Positions 29,255-39,400 of a stretch of DNA of 64,000 nucleotides are shown in pieces; within the stretch, counting starts at the first letter, position 1, and each line of letters opens with the position of its first letter. The position numbers and the translations under genes are program-made. The DNA is from Microbacterium sp. (lineage in GTDB: Bacteria > Actinomycetota > Actinomycetes > Actinomycetales > Microbacteriaceae), in assembly GCA_048594675.1 (NCBI GenBank), contig JBMDWQ010000018.1, positions 13,349 through 77,348 on the forward strand, in the 5' to 3' direction. The notes under the pieces are model-generated. The model made no database searches and was not told where the DNA came from. It saw only the letters and a list, made by a program, of their open reading frames with translations.

Positions 29255-30145
29255 ATGCAGTGGGACGGCGAGGGGCGTGGCGCATCCGGCGTCCCGTTCG
29301 CCGGTCCGGGAGACCTCCACTTGCACTCCGACTGGTCCGATGGCACCGAGCCGCCGGCCGACGTGATGCTTGCCGCACACCGTGAGGGACTGCGCTGCGT
29401 CGCCCTGACCGACCACGACACCACCGAGGGATGGGCCGAAGCGGCGGAGGCCGCTACCTCCCTCGGGATGACCTTCCTTCCGGGAATGGAGCTGTCCGCG
29501 CGATACGAGTGGCGCAGCGTCCACGTGCTCGGCTACTTGTTCGATCCCGACGACGAGCGCATCCGGGCCCTGACGAGCCGGATCCGGGACTCTCGCCTCA
29601 CGCGTGCCCGCACCATGACCGACCGGATCTCCCGCGACTACGACGTGGAGTGGGCCGACATCGTAGCCCAGACCGTCGACGGCGCGACGGTGGGGCGCCC
29701 GCACATAGCCGACGCGCTCGTGGCGAAGGGGCTCGTACGCGACCGCGGCGAGGCGTTCGCGGGCATCCTCCACCCCCGGAGCGACTACTACGTCGATCTG
29801 TACGCGCCCGACCCCGTGACCGCCGTCGCCGCGATCGCGGGCGCGGGTGGCGTGCCGATCATCGCGCACCCCGCGGGCCGGACCGGTCTGTTGCCGGCAG
29901 GCCTCACCGCGCAGATGCTCGAGGCGGGCCTGGCCGGATTCGAACTGGGTCATCGGGAGAACGTCGAGCCGGCGCTCGGCCGACTCCGACGCCTCGTCGA
30001 GCGTGAAGACCTGATCGTCACGGGCTCGAGCGACTACCACGGCGTCGGCAAGCCGAACGTGCCCGGCGAGAACACCACGAGTGTCGAGATGATCGCGCGG
30101 ATCATCCAGCAGGGACGCGGCAGCTCGCCGGTCTTCCCGTCCTGA
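29255..30145 (+). CDS. PHP-domain phosphoesterase (TrpH/YciV type)
   Basis: DLHLHSDWSDG, TDHDT, GRPHIA, IAHP, SSDYHG; leaderless TACCCT-N6-ATG. Confidence 0.9.
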   Translation: MQWDGEGRGASGVPFAGPGDLHLHSDWSDGTEPPADVMLAAHREGLRCVALTDHDTTEGWAEAAEAATSLGMTFLPGMELSARYEWRSVHVLGYLFDPDDERIRALTSRIRDSRLTRARTMTDRISRDYDVEWADIVAQTVDGATVGRPHIADALVAKGLVRDRGEAFAGILHPRSDYYVDLYAPDPVTAVAAIAGAGGVPIIAHPAGRTGLLPAGLTAQMLEAGLAGFELGHRENVEPALGRLRRLVEREDLIVTGSSDYHGVGKPNVPGENTTSVEMIARIIQQGRGSSPVFPS

Positions 30146-30150
30146 TCGGC

Positions 30151-31662
30151 TCAGGCTCCGGCGACCGGCGCGCCCGATCCGCCGCGACGCCGGCGCCGAC
30201 GGCGGGCCGGAGCGGGCTTGCCGTCGTGGTGTTCCTTACCGGCCCCGTCGTGCGTCCCGGCGCCGTCTTCGGAGCGGGGTGCGGATGTCGACGTCGCCGA
30301 TGCGGAGGAGTCTCCGTCCGCGCTGGATCCGTCAGCGAAGGTGGAACCGACGCGGCCTTCGTTCGCACCGCTACGCCGACGACGACGGCGACGAGTGCCG
30401 CCTTCGGCCGTCCCCTCTGCGGCGGCGTCCGCCGCGCGAGCAGGGGCAGCCGTGCGGACGGCCTGAGTCTTGGGCGCCGTCGTGATCCGTCCCTTGGTGC
30501 CGGCCGGGATGTCCAGGTCGCTGTAGAGGTGGGGACTCGACGAGTAGGTCTCGACGGGCTCGGGCTGGCCGAATTCGAGCGCACGGTTGATGAGAGCCCA
30601 CTTGTGCAGGTCTTCCCAGTCGACGAAGGTGACCGCGATGCCGGTCTTGCCGGCGCGCCCGGTCCGACCCGCGCGGTGCAGATAGGTCTTCTCGTCGTCG
30701 GGGATCGTGTGATTGATGACGTGAGTGACATCGTCGACGTCGATCCCGCGGGCTGCGACGTCGGTCGCGATGAGGATGTCCTTCTTGCCCGCCTTGAACC
30801 CCGCCATGGAACGCTCGCGCGCCTCCTGGCTCATGTCGCCGTGCACCGCACCCGCGTTGAATCCGCGGTCGTTGAGCTCGTCGACGAGGCGCTGCGCGGC
30901 GCGCTTGGTCCGGGTGAACACGACCGTCTTGCCGCGTCCCTCCGCCTGCAGGATGCGGGCGATGACCTCGTCCTTGTCCAGCGCATGGGCGCGGTAGACG
31001 AGGTGACGGATGTTCGCCTGCGTCAGGCCCTCGTCGGGATCGGTGGCGCGGATGTGAATCGGGTTGGACATGAACCGCCGCGCGAGAGCGACGATCGGGC
31101 CCGGCATCGTGGCCGAGAACAGCTGTGTGTGGCGAATCGCGGGGACCTTCGAGAAGATCTTCTCGATGTCGGCGAGGAAGCCGAGGTCGAGCATCTTGTC
31201 GGCCTCGTCGAGGACGACCTCGGTGGCGTGGGAGAGATCCAGCAGCCGCTGATTGTTGAGGTCGATGAGGCGCCCGGGGGTGCCCACGACGATCTGCGCG
31301 CCGGCTTTGAGCTGATCGATCTGACCTTCGTAGGCCTTGCCGCCGTAGATCGCCACGACACTCGTGGAGCGGTTCGAGGTGAGCATGTCCATGTCCTCGT
31401 ACACCTGCACCGCGAGTTCGCGCGTCGGGACGACGATGAGAGCCTTGACGCCGGGAGCCGGGTCGAGGCCGAGACGCTGGACCACCGGGATGCCGAAGCC
31501 GAACGTCTTGCCGGTTCCGGTCTTGGCCTGTCCGATGATGTCCTGGCCGGGAAGCCCCAGCGGGATCGTCTGCTCCTGGATCGGGAAGGCGTCCACGATG
31601 CCGCGCGCCGACAGCGCGTCGACGATGTCGCTGTCCACCCCGAGTTCGACGAATGTCGTCAC
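30151..31662 (-). CDS. DEAD-box RNA helicase (RhlE/Rv3211-like)
   Basis: Q motif, AKTGTGKT, PTRELA, DEAD, SAT, HGDM, ARGID, HRAGRTGR; Arg-rich tail; alternative GTG at 31719. Confidence 0.95.
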   Translation of the reverse strand: MTTFVELGVDSDIVDALSARGIVDAFPIQEQTIPLGLPGQDIIGQAKTGTGKTFGFGIPVVQRLGLDPAPGVKALIVVPTRELAVQVYEDMDMLTSNRSTSVVAIYGGKAYEGQIDQLKAGAQIVVGTPGRLIDLNNQRLLDLSHATEVVLDEADKMLDLGFLADIEKIFSKVPAIRHTQLFSATMPGPIVALARRFMSNPIHIRATDPDEGLTQANIRHLVYRAHALDKDEVIARILQAEGRGKTVVFTRTKRAAQRLVDELNDRGFNAGAVHGDMSQEARERSMAGFKAGKKDILIATDVAARGIDVDDVTHVINHTIPDDEKTYLHRAGRTGRAGKTGIAVTFVDWEDLHKWALINRALEFGQPEPVETYSSSPHLYSDLDIPAGTKGRITTAPKTQAVRTAAPARAADAAAEGTAEGGTRRRRRRRSGANEGRVGSTFADGSSADGDSSASATSTSAPRSEDGAGTHDGAGKEHHDGKPAPARRRRRRRGGSGAPVAGA

Positions 31663-31838
31663 TTTTCCATGCCTGTCTGGCGGTGAGAAGCCGCCGGTGA
31701 TGAGGTCCACGCCCTTCACTCAGCCACAGGCGCGGGGTCCCGATCCGTCGCCGGGACCCGACCAGCCTACCGGAGGCGCCGTCGCCGCTCGGGGTCATGG
31801 GCCGTGTCGTCACGCGCCATGCCTCTAGGCTGGTGCCC

Positions 31839-32555
31839 GTGGTGAGGTGGTTCTGGCAGCGCGGGCGCACGCCCGAACGGACGTTGCGCCTGCGGTCGCG
31901 CGGGGAGCTGGGCGACGTCTCCCGCGTGGACTTCGAGGAGCTCGCTCCCGATATCGACACCTTCCTCGGGCAGGCCGCCTACCTCCAGCTCGGCTACTTC
32001 GAGACGCTCAGCGAGCTCATCGCGCCGACACCCGACCTCAATCAGAAGGAGTCGCTGTCGCTCGCCGCCGGCGCCGCGCTCCTCAAGCACCGCGAGCTGG
32101 TCGGCGTGATCCGTGAGCGCGGCGACGATCCGCTCGACCTCATGCTGCCGTTCCGCGAGCCGCTCGACGCGTTCCGTCGGGCCACGCACGGTGCGCGTCC
32201 CCTGGAGACCATGCTCTCAGTGCACATCACGGCCGGGATGCTCGACGACTTCTATCGGTCGCTGTCGGCCAGCTACGCATCGACGGGTCGACGTGTCGCC
32301 GACATCCTCGACCGCGACGATGACCGCGACGCGCTCGTCGGGATCATCACGTCCGCCATCGCGAGTGACTCCGAGTGGCGCTCGCTACTGGCGCTGTGGG
32401 GACGACGACTGGTCGGTGACACCCTCCTGATCGCGCGGGGCGCGCTGCGGCCCCAATCTCTCGACGCTGCGGAGGAGAAGCGCGTCGAGCCGGTGTTCAC
32501 CGAACTCCTCGGTGCACACTCGCGGCGGATGACCCAGCTGGGCCTCGACGCCTGA
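31839..32555 (+). CDS. Ferritin-like fold protein (MiaE_2 / Rv3210c-like)
   Basis: Helical protein with DDFY, LALWGRRLVGD, HSRRMTQLGL; position next to the DEAD helicase; leaderless TAGGCT-N7-GTG. Confidence 0.78.
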   Translation: MVRWFWQRGRTPERTLRLRSRGELGDVSRVDFEELAPDIDTFLGQAAYLQLGYFETLSELIAPTPDLNQKESLSLAAGAALLKHRELVGVIRERGDDPLDLMLPFREPLDAFRRATHGARPLETMLSVHITAGMLDDFYRSLSASYASTGRRVADILDRDDDRDALVGIITSAIASDSEWRSLLALWGRRLVGDTLLIARGALRPQSLDAAEEKRVEPVFTELLGAHSRRMTQLGLDA

Positions 32556-32632
32556 CACGCAGCGGGCTCAGGGCGGATCGGGACTCAGGACGGGGCTCGG
32601 GAGGAGCCCGGTCGGTGCGTCACGCCGAGGTG

Positions 32633-32923
32633 TCAGGCGATACCGAGTCGGACGCGCTCACGGTCGTCGTGAGCGGCTCGTGCGCGGGTGAGCGCCGCGA
32701 GGGCCAACGGAACGACGACGAGGGGCGCGGCGAGGGAGATGAGCCACAGCCACGGGTCGAGCGTCGTCTGGCCCGCCCACGTGAGCGCGAGCCACACGAC
32801 GCCGCCGGTGAATGCTCCCAGGATCGGCGCGAGAGCGACGCCACGCAGGGCGCGTCCGGCCTGAAGAAAGTGGAGCAGCCCACCCACCGCGGCCCCGAAG
32901 ACGAGGGCGATGACGATCTGCAT
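32633..32923 (-). CDS. Small three-TM membrane protein
   Basis: Hydrophobic 96 aa starting 1 nt after the DUF3107 stop. Confidence 0.7.
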   Translation of the reverse strand: MQIVIALVFGAAVGGLLHFLQAGRALRGVALAPILGAFTGGVVWLALTWAGQTTLDPWLWLISLAAPLVVVPLALAALTRARAAHDDRERVRLGIA

Positions 32924-32924
32924 G

Positions 32925-33149
32925 TCAGGCGACGAAGCCGACGCGACGCGACTGGTCGGTGCCGACCTCGACGAAGGTGATCGCGGTGGTGGGGACGACG
33001 TAGGAGTTGCCCTTGGCGTCGGTGAAGCTCAAATGGCCGGTGCCCGACTCGAGCGCGTCCGTGACGGTCTTCTTGACGGCCTCCGCCGTCTCGTCGGACT
33101 CGAAGCTGAGCTCGCGCGCGGTGTTCGCGAGGCCGATGCGGATCTCCAC
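32925..33149 (-). CDS. DUF3107 family protein
   Basis: MEIRIG...RELSFES...DAKG...FVEVG...RRVGF; RBS AGGAAAGG region; -10 TAAAGT at 33192-33197. Confidence 0.9.
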   Translation of the reverse strand: MEIRIGLANTARELSFESDETAEAVKKTVTDALESGTGHLSFTDAKGNSYVVPTTAITFVEVGTDQSRRVGFVA

Positions 33150-33267
33150 GATGATTGCCTTTCCGGCCCGGGCTTCCGGATGCCTGCTTCGACTTTACGA
33201 CACGCGAAGGGGTCGACGGCCCGGCTGCCGCGACGCCCTGCCGACAGCGGCGTCGAGCGTGACGTGA

Positions 33268-33289
33268 TGTCGGCGCAGAGCATTAGCGT
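33268..33289 (+). promoter_or_regulatory. PafBC-type (RecA-NDp) leaderless promoter of adnAB
   Basis: TGTCGG(33268-73)-N10-TAGCGT(33284-89)-N7-ATG(33297). Confidence 0.78.
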
Positions 33290-33296
33290 GGGGGAC

Positions 33297-36200
33297 ATGT
33301 CGATCGGTCCGTCTCTGCGTGCAGAAGAGGCGGACGCGGTGCAGAGGGAGATCATCTCACTGCCTGCCGACGCATCGGGCACCGTCGTGGGTGCCCCCGG
33401 AACCGGCAAGACGGCGACGATCGTTGCGCGCGCCGCCACGCTGGTCGCCGCGGGTACGTCGCCGGATCACATCCTCGTGCTCACGCCGACGCGACCTGCC
33501 GCGACGGCGCTTCGCGACCATGTCGCGGTGGCGGTCGGGGCGGCCACCACAGGCGCGCTCGTCAGGTCCGTCGCCGCCTTCGCCTATCAGGTGGTCCGTG
33601 CCGTGTCGGTGCATCGGCGGGCCGAGACGCCCCAGCTGTTGACGGGGCCGGACGAGGACCGACTGATCGAGGATCTCCTGGCGGGCGATGCCGAGGACGA
33701 GCGCGACGGCATCCGACGGTGGCCCGCCTCCCTCCCTGCCGAGGTCAGGGCGACCCGCGGTTTCCGCGCCGAGGTGCGCGCGTTCCTCGCCGAGATGACA
33801 AGCCTCGGACTGACCGAGGCCGAGCTGTCCCACCGCGCCCGACGCGACGATGTCGAGGTGTGGGAGTCCATGGCGTCGTTCGCGCGGGAGTATCACGGCG
33901 TCCGGTCGCGGATGCGGGGCGCGCACCGCGATGCGGCCGGTCTCGTGCGCGAAGCCGCGGAGCTCCTCGCCGACATCCCCGTCGGTGCGCCGGAGTGGGG
34001 TGCGCTGTCCGATCTCGAGGTCGTCATGGTCGATGACGCGCAGGAGCTGACGGCCGGCGGGATCGACGTTCTCGAGGCCCTGCGTCAACGAGGAGTGTCC
34101 GTCCTCGCCTTCGGCGATCCCGACGTCGGCTCGGGAGCGTTCCGCGGCGCGACACCGCAGAACTTCGCGCGGCTCTCGGCATCGGGCCCGGTCTATGTGC
34201 TCGGGCGACCGCACCGGGGGACGCCGCCGCAGCGCGACCTCCTGGCCGAGGTCACCTCGCGTATCGGCGCGGGGGGTGTGGTCGCGCATCGACAGCGGCC
34301 CACCGGCGCTGATCCTGACGGTTCCGTCGCTGTCTTCACGTTGCGCTCGGTCGCCGAAGAGTACGACACCATCGCACGGCTGCTGCGGGAGCGTCACGTC
34401 TACGACGGCGTCCCGTGGGAAGAGTGCGCGGTGATCGCGCATGACACTCGTCAGGTGGCGGCGCTCGAAGACGAGCTCGCGGCGCGCGACGTGCCGACCG
34501 GTGCCACAGGCCCCGCGCGAACGTTGGCGTCGTCGGCCACCGTGCGGGACCTGCTGCGCATGGTGGACATCGCCGCGACCGACCCCGACTCGTGGGACCT
34601 CGAAACGGTGCACGACGCTCTGCGCGCGGCCGGGATGGACATCGTCGAGGCCCGACGGCTGCGCTCGGCGCTGCGTCATGCCGCCGTCCGCCGTGACGGA
34701 GAGGACGCGGCGACGGCGGCGGCATTGCTGGTGTCCGCCCTGCGGCACCCCCTGGAGTTCGAGCTCATCGACACGCGAGAGGGTCGCCGCGCGGCACGCG
34801 TCGCCGACACTCTGGTCCAGCTCGGCGCGGGACTGCGCGACGGGGCCACGGCACATGAGCTGTTGTGGACGGCATGGGAGCGCTCGGGGCGTGAGCGGCA
34901 TCTGGTCGAAGCGGCGCGCGGCAGCGGCGTTCTGGCCGATCAGGCCGGTCGCGACCTCGACTCGGTCGTCGATCTGTTCCAGTCCGCGAAGCGGCACGGA
35001 GAGCGCGCCGACGGCACCTCTCCGATCGACTTCATCCGGGGGGTACTCCACTCCGATGTGGCCGAGGACCGACTGAGCGTCGCGGCGCGCGACGGTGTCG
35101 TGCGCGTCATGACGCCCGCCGGGGCGCTCGCGACCGAGTTCGACACCGTCGTGGTCGCCGGGCTGCAGGACGGCGTCTGGCCCAATCTCCGTGTTCGCGG
35201 GGGGCTCCTGGAGACGTGGCGACTCGGGGCGGGCGAGGGCGTGACGGCCGATACGCTCGACCGTCGGCGCGACGTGCTCCACGACGAGCTGCGCCTCTTT
35301 GCGCGCGCGATCTCTCGTGCGCGGTCCCACCTCGTGATCACGGCGGTGGACGATGACGACAACGGGCCGAGCGTCCTGTTCGAGCTCCTTCCTTCCTCCT
35401 CGCCCGTACCGGCGTCGGCCGATCACCCGCTCTCCCTGCGGGGTCTCGTCGCCGAGCATCGACGGACGCTCACCGCGCTCCACGCCACCGAAGAAGACAA
35501 GGCGCATGCCGCGGACCAGCTCGTGCTCCTCGCGGAAGCCGGGGTCCCGGGCGCGGATCCTTCATCCTGGTACGGCATGGCCGGGCCCTCCTCGGCGAGT
35601 CCTCTGTTCGATCTGGAGGTCGAGCAGGCCCGCCTCTCGCCCTCCAAGCTCCAGGCGATCGAGGACTGCCAGCTCAACTGGGTGATCGGTGAGCTCGGCG
35701 GCGACGGCGGTGGAGTGGTCGCCGGGGTCGGGACGCTCATCCATGCCGCGCTCGAGACCGCCGAAGGTCACGACGAAGAGTCGCTGTGGACCGCTGTGGA
35801 GCGCCGGTGGGGGGAGCTGGAGTTCGACGCCGACTGGATCGAACGCACGGAGCGCGCGCGTGCGCGTGACCTCATCTCCCGCCTGTCGCGCTATCTGCGT
35901 GATGTCGAGGCCGACGGCGTGCAGCTGGTCAGCGCCGAACCGCGATTCGAGTGCGAGGTCCCCGTCGAGGGCCTCGCTCGCCCGGCCATCCTCAGTGGCA
36001 CGATCGACCGTGTCGAGCTCGCCCGCGACGGGTCGGTGGTGATCGTGGATCTCAAGACGGGCCGCAGCGAGTCGACCAGTCCGCGGGCGGCGATCACCCA
36101 TCCGCAGTTGAGCGCCTACCAGCTGGCGGTGGAGTCGGGAGCCATCGCAGCGGTGTCCGGACGCCCCTCGGGAGGCGCGAAGCTGCTCGTCCTCAAGCCG

Positions 36201-36401
36201 ACGCGGGGAGCTCCATACGCCACGCCGACACAGCCCCCCTTCGACGACGAGACCCGCGCCGCGTTCCTCGCCCGTGTCCGCGACGCGGTGGAGGTGGTGG
36301 GGGGCTCGCAATTCTTGGCTCCCTACGAAGCCCACTGTCGTGACGACCACACCTTCGGACTGTGTCGGATCCACACCGTCGGCGCGGTGAGTGCCTCATG
36401 A
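33297..36401 (+). CDS. adnA: AdnAB helicase-nuclease subunit A
   Basis: GAPGTGKT, DDAQE, GDPD, RLFARAISRA; PD-(D/E)XK nuclease GTIDRV...DLKTG...QLSAY. Confidence 0.88.
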   Translation: MSIGPSLRAEEADAVQREIISLPADASGTVVGAPGTGKTATIVARAATLVAAGTSPDHILVLTPTRPAATALRDHVAVAVGAATTGALVRSVAAFAYQVVRAVSVHRRAETPQLLTGPDEDRLIEDLLAGDAEDERDGIRRWPASLPAEVRATRGFRAEVRAFLAEMTSLGLTEAELSHRARRDDVEVWESMASFAREYHGVRSRMRGAHRDAAGLVREAAELLADIPVGAPEWGALSDLEVVMVDDAQELTAGGIDVLEALRQRGVSVLAFGDPDVGSGAFRGATPQNFARLSASGPVYVLGRPHRGTPPQRDLLAEVTSRIGAGGVVAHRQRPTGADPDGSVAVFTLRSVAEEYDTIARLLRERHVYDGVPWEECAVIAHDTRQVAALEDELAARDVPTGATGPARTLASSATVRDLLRMVDIAATDPDSWDLETVHDALRAAGMDIVEARRLRSALRHAAVRRDGEDAATAAALLVSALRHPLEFELIDTREGRRAARVADTLVQLGAGLRDGATAHELLWTAWERSGRERHLVEAARGSGVLADQAGRDLDSVVDLFQSAKRHGERADGTSPIDFIRGVLHSDVAEDRLSVAARDGVVRVMTPAGALATEFDTVVVAGLQDGVWPNLRVRGGLLETWRLGAGEGVTADTLDRRRDVLHDELRLFARAISRARSHLVITAVDDDDNGPSVLFELLPSSSPVPASADHPLSLRGLVAEHRRTLTALHATEEDKAHAADQLVLLAEAGVPGADPSSWYGMAGPSSASPLFDLEVEQARLSPSKLQAIEDCQLNWVIGELGGDGGGVVAGVGTLIHAALETAEGHDEESLWTAVERRWGELEFDADWIERTERARARDLISRLSRYLRDVEADGVQLVSAEPRFECEVPVEGLARPAILSGTIDRVELARDGSVVIVDLKTGRSESTSPRAAITHPQLSAYQLAVESGAIAAVSGRPSGGAKLLVLKPTRGAPYATPTQPPFDDETRAAFLARVRDAVEVVGGSQFLAPYEAHCRDDHTFGLCRIHTVGAVSAS

Positions 36402-39400
36402 CGACCGCCGACGAACTGCTCGGGGTTCCCGAGTCCTCGTCCGTGCCTCCGCGGAGGCTCATCGGACCGCACGCCCTCGCGGCGGCGCTGGGACAGTTTC
36501 CGCCGACCGACGAGCAGGCCGCAGTGATCGCCGCGCCGCTCACGCCGGCGCTCGTGGTGGCCGGTGCCGGCAGCGGAAAGACTGAGACGATGGCGGGCCG
36601 GGTGGTCTGGCTGGTGGCGAACGGGCTCGTCCGCCGTGACCAGGTGCTGGGTCTGACCTTCACCCGCAAAGCCGCGGGCGAGCTTGCCGAACGCATCCAG
36701 AACCGCCTGGAGCGGCTGGTCGAGCTCGAGGAGCACGGTCTTCTCGACCGGTTGGAGGAGCTGCACGGCGCCGGCGCGCTGGACACCTTCCGTGTGCTCC
36801 AGCAGCGCGGGGCGTCCTCAGCCGAGCGGCGTGCGGCCTTGCGGGCTCTCGGTGGGCACAGCGCTGCGTCATCGTTGCCGGGCGATGCGATCCTCCATCG
36901 TCCGACGATCGCCACCTACAACGCATTCGCCGACGGCATCGTGCGGGAGAATGCGATCCTCCTCGGCCGGGATGCCGACGCGGCGGTGCTGACCGAGTCC
37001 GCCGCGTGGCTCCTCATGCGTCGGGTCGTGCACGAGAGCGACGACCCTCGCCTGGAGACGGTGGAGTACCGGCCGAGCACCATCATCGACGCCGCTCTCC
37101 AACTGGCACGCGACGCCGTGGACAACCTCGTCGACCTCGATGAGCTCGCAGCGTTCGCCGCTGACTTCTCCGATGTGCTGGAGCGGCCCTCGCGCGACAA
37201 GCGCACCACTGTCTACGCCGAGGTGCGTACCGCGGCGGCGCGGGTGGGGGGCCTCGATGTGCTGAGCGACCTCGCCCGTCGCTACGACGAGCAGAAGCGG
37301 CGCGCGGGCCTCATCGACTTCTCCGACCAGGTTGCGGGAGCACTGCGGGCCGTTCGTGCTCATCCGGGCATCGGCGCGTCGATGCGCGACCGGTTCCGCG
37401 TCGTGCTCCTCGACGAGTACCAGGACACCTCCGTCGTGCAGACCGACCTGCTCGCGGCTCTGTTCGCCGACACACCGGTGATGGCGGTCGGTGATCCGCA
37501 CCAGTCGATCTATGGGTGGCGCGGCGCAAGTGCGGGCAACCTCGGCGGTTTCGCCCGCGCCTTTGCGGGCACGCGGCCCGGTGACGGCGCCTCGGCCGCC
37601 GAGTACAGTCTCCTCACGAGCTGGCGCAACAGCGCGCGGGTGCTGGAGGCGGCCAATGCGATCCTCGCCCCGCTCGCCGAGACGGCGCCGGTTCCGGTCG
37701 GCCGATTGCGCGTGCGGCCGGGTGCCCCCGACGGGGCGGTGGAGATCGGGTTCGATCCGGACATCGACGCCGAAGCCGACCGCGTGGCGGGCTGGTTCGC
37801 CGAAGTGCGCGACGCGCGTGCGGCGCGCGGTGAGACGACCTCAGGCGCCTTGCTCTTCCGCGCCAAGAAGCACATGGTTCGCTTTGCCGACGCGCTCGCC
37901 CGGCGCGGCATCCCGCATCGGATCCTGGGCCTCGGAGGGCTCCTCAGCACGCCCGAAGTGGTGGACGTGGTGGCCGCCCTCCGGGTGATCAGCGACCCGC
38001 AGGCGGGTTCCTCATTGCTGCGGCTCCTCGCCGGGCCGCGATGGGAGCTCGGCCTCGCCGATCTTCGCGCGCTCGCCGCGCTGTCGCGGCGGCTCACGCG
38101 TCACGACGCTTCGCTCCAGGCGCTGGAGCCGCACGTGGTCGACCACCTCCGCCGATCCGGTGGAGAGGCCGGGTCGCTCGTCGATGCGCTCGACTTCCTC
38201 GCCCGGCAGAAACCCGACCACGGCTGGCTGAGCGGCTTCACGCCCGAGGGCCTGGATCGCCTGCGCGAGGCGGGCGCGGTGTTCGAAGGATTGCGCCGTG
38301 CATCCACGCTCCCCGTACCCGAGCTCGTGCGGCTGATCGAGTCGGAGCTGCGTCTGGACATCGAGCTCGCGGCGAACGAGGCCCGCGGCCGGGCGCGTAC
38401 CGCCGGTGATCAGCTGCGCGCGTTCGTGGACGAAGTACAGAGCTTCCTCCAGACCGAGGAGAGCGGCTCCCTTCCGGCGCTGCTGGCATGGCTCGACCGC
38501 GCCGAGCGGATCGACGAGTTCGCACCGCGCACCGAACCGCCCGAACCCGACGTCGTGCAGCTGTTGACGGTGCACGGGTCCAAGGGACTGGAATGGGACG
38601 CCGTCGCCGTCGTGCGGATGGTCACGGACGAACTGCCCGCCAAGCCTCGCGACGGCCTGGGCTGGGCACGCTTCGGTGTCCTCCCTTACGACTTCCGCGG
38701 AGATCGGGAGTGGTTGCCCCGCCTGCGATGGCGACGTGAGGAGGCCCCGACGCAGCAGGACCTGCGTGACGCGCTGGGGGCGTTCCGCATCGACATCGCA
38801 CGGCGCCAGCTCGACGAGGAGCGCCGCCTCGCCTACGTCGCCGTCACCCGAGCGCGGGAGCACCTTCTGCTGAGCGGATCGTCGTGGTCGGGAACCCTCG
38901 CACCGCGCGATCCCAGCGCGTTCCTGCGCGAGGCGGCGGAGGCACTCGGTGACCCGATGGGGGAGATCGAGGCGGGCGAGAACCCCTATCAGGACGTCCG
39001 TCGGCTCTTGGCGTGGCCGCTGGATCCCCTCGGCATCCGTCGCACCCGGGTGGAGGAGGCCGCCGCCCGCGTGCGGAGGGCGGCAGAGGCACGACGAGCA
39101 GAGCCCTCGCGCGACCTGCGCCTGCTCCTTGCCGAGCGCGAGGAGCGTTCGCGACGAACGTCACCGCGCGCGCCCACCCGGATCCCCGCGTCGCGTTTCA
39201 AGGACTTCGCCATCGACTACACCGCGGCGGCCGCAGCCGCGGCGCGGCCTCTCCCGGAGCGGCCTTACCGGCAGACGCGCGTAGGCACGCTGTTCCACGC
39301 CTGGGTGGAGCAGCGTTCGGGGGTCAGTGGGCTCGGTCCCTCGACAGACGACGGACTGTGGGAGGAGACGAGCGATCCGGCGGAGGATGCGGGTGCGGAT

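Noticed and set aside
26700-30145. ORF-track N-terminal extensions of pepP (from 28682) and the PHP gene (from 27962); likewise dapD, mrp, adnA, crtB, crtE, crtEb and the APH-fold gene
   Set aside because: Extensions overlap bona fide neighbours and are low-complexity; promoter spacing or stop/start overlaps define shorter starts.
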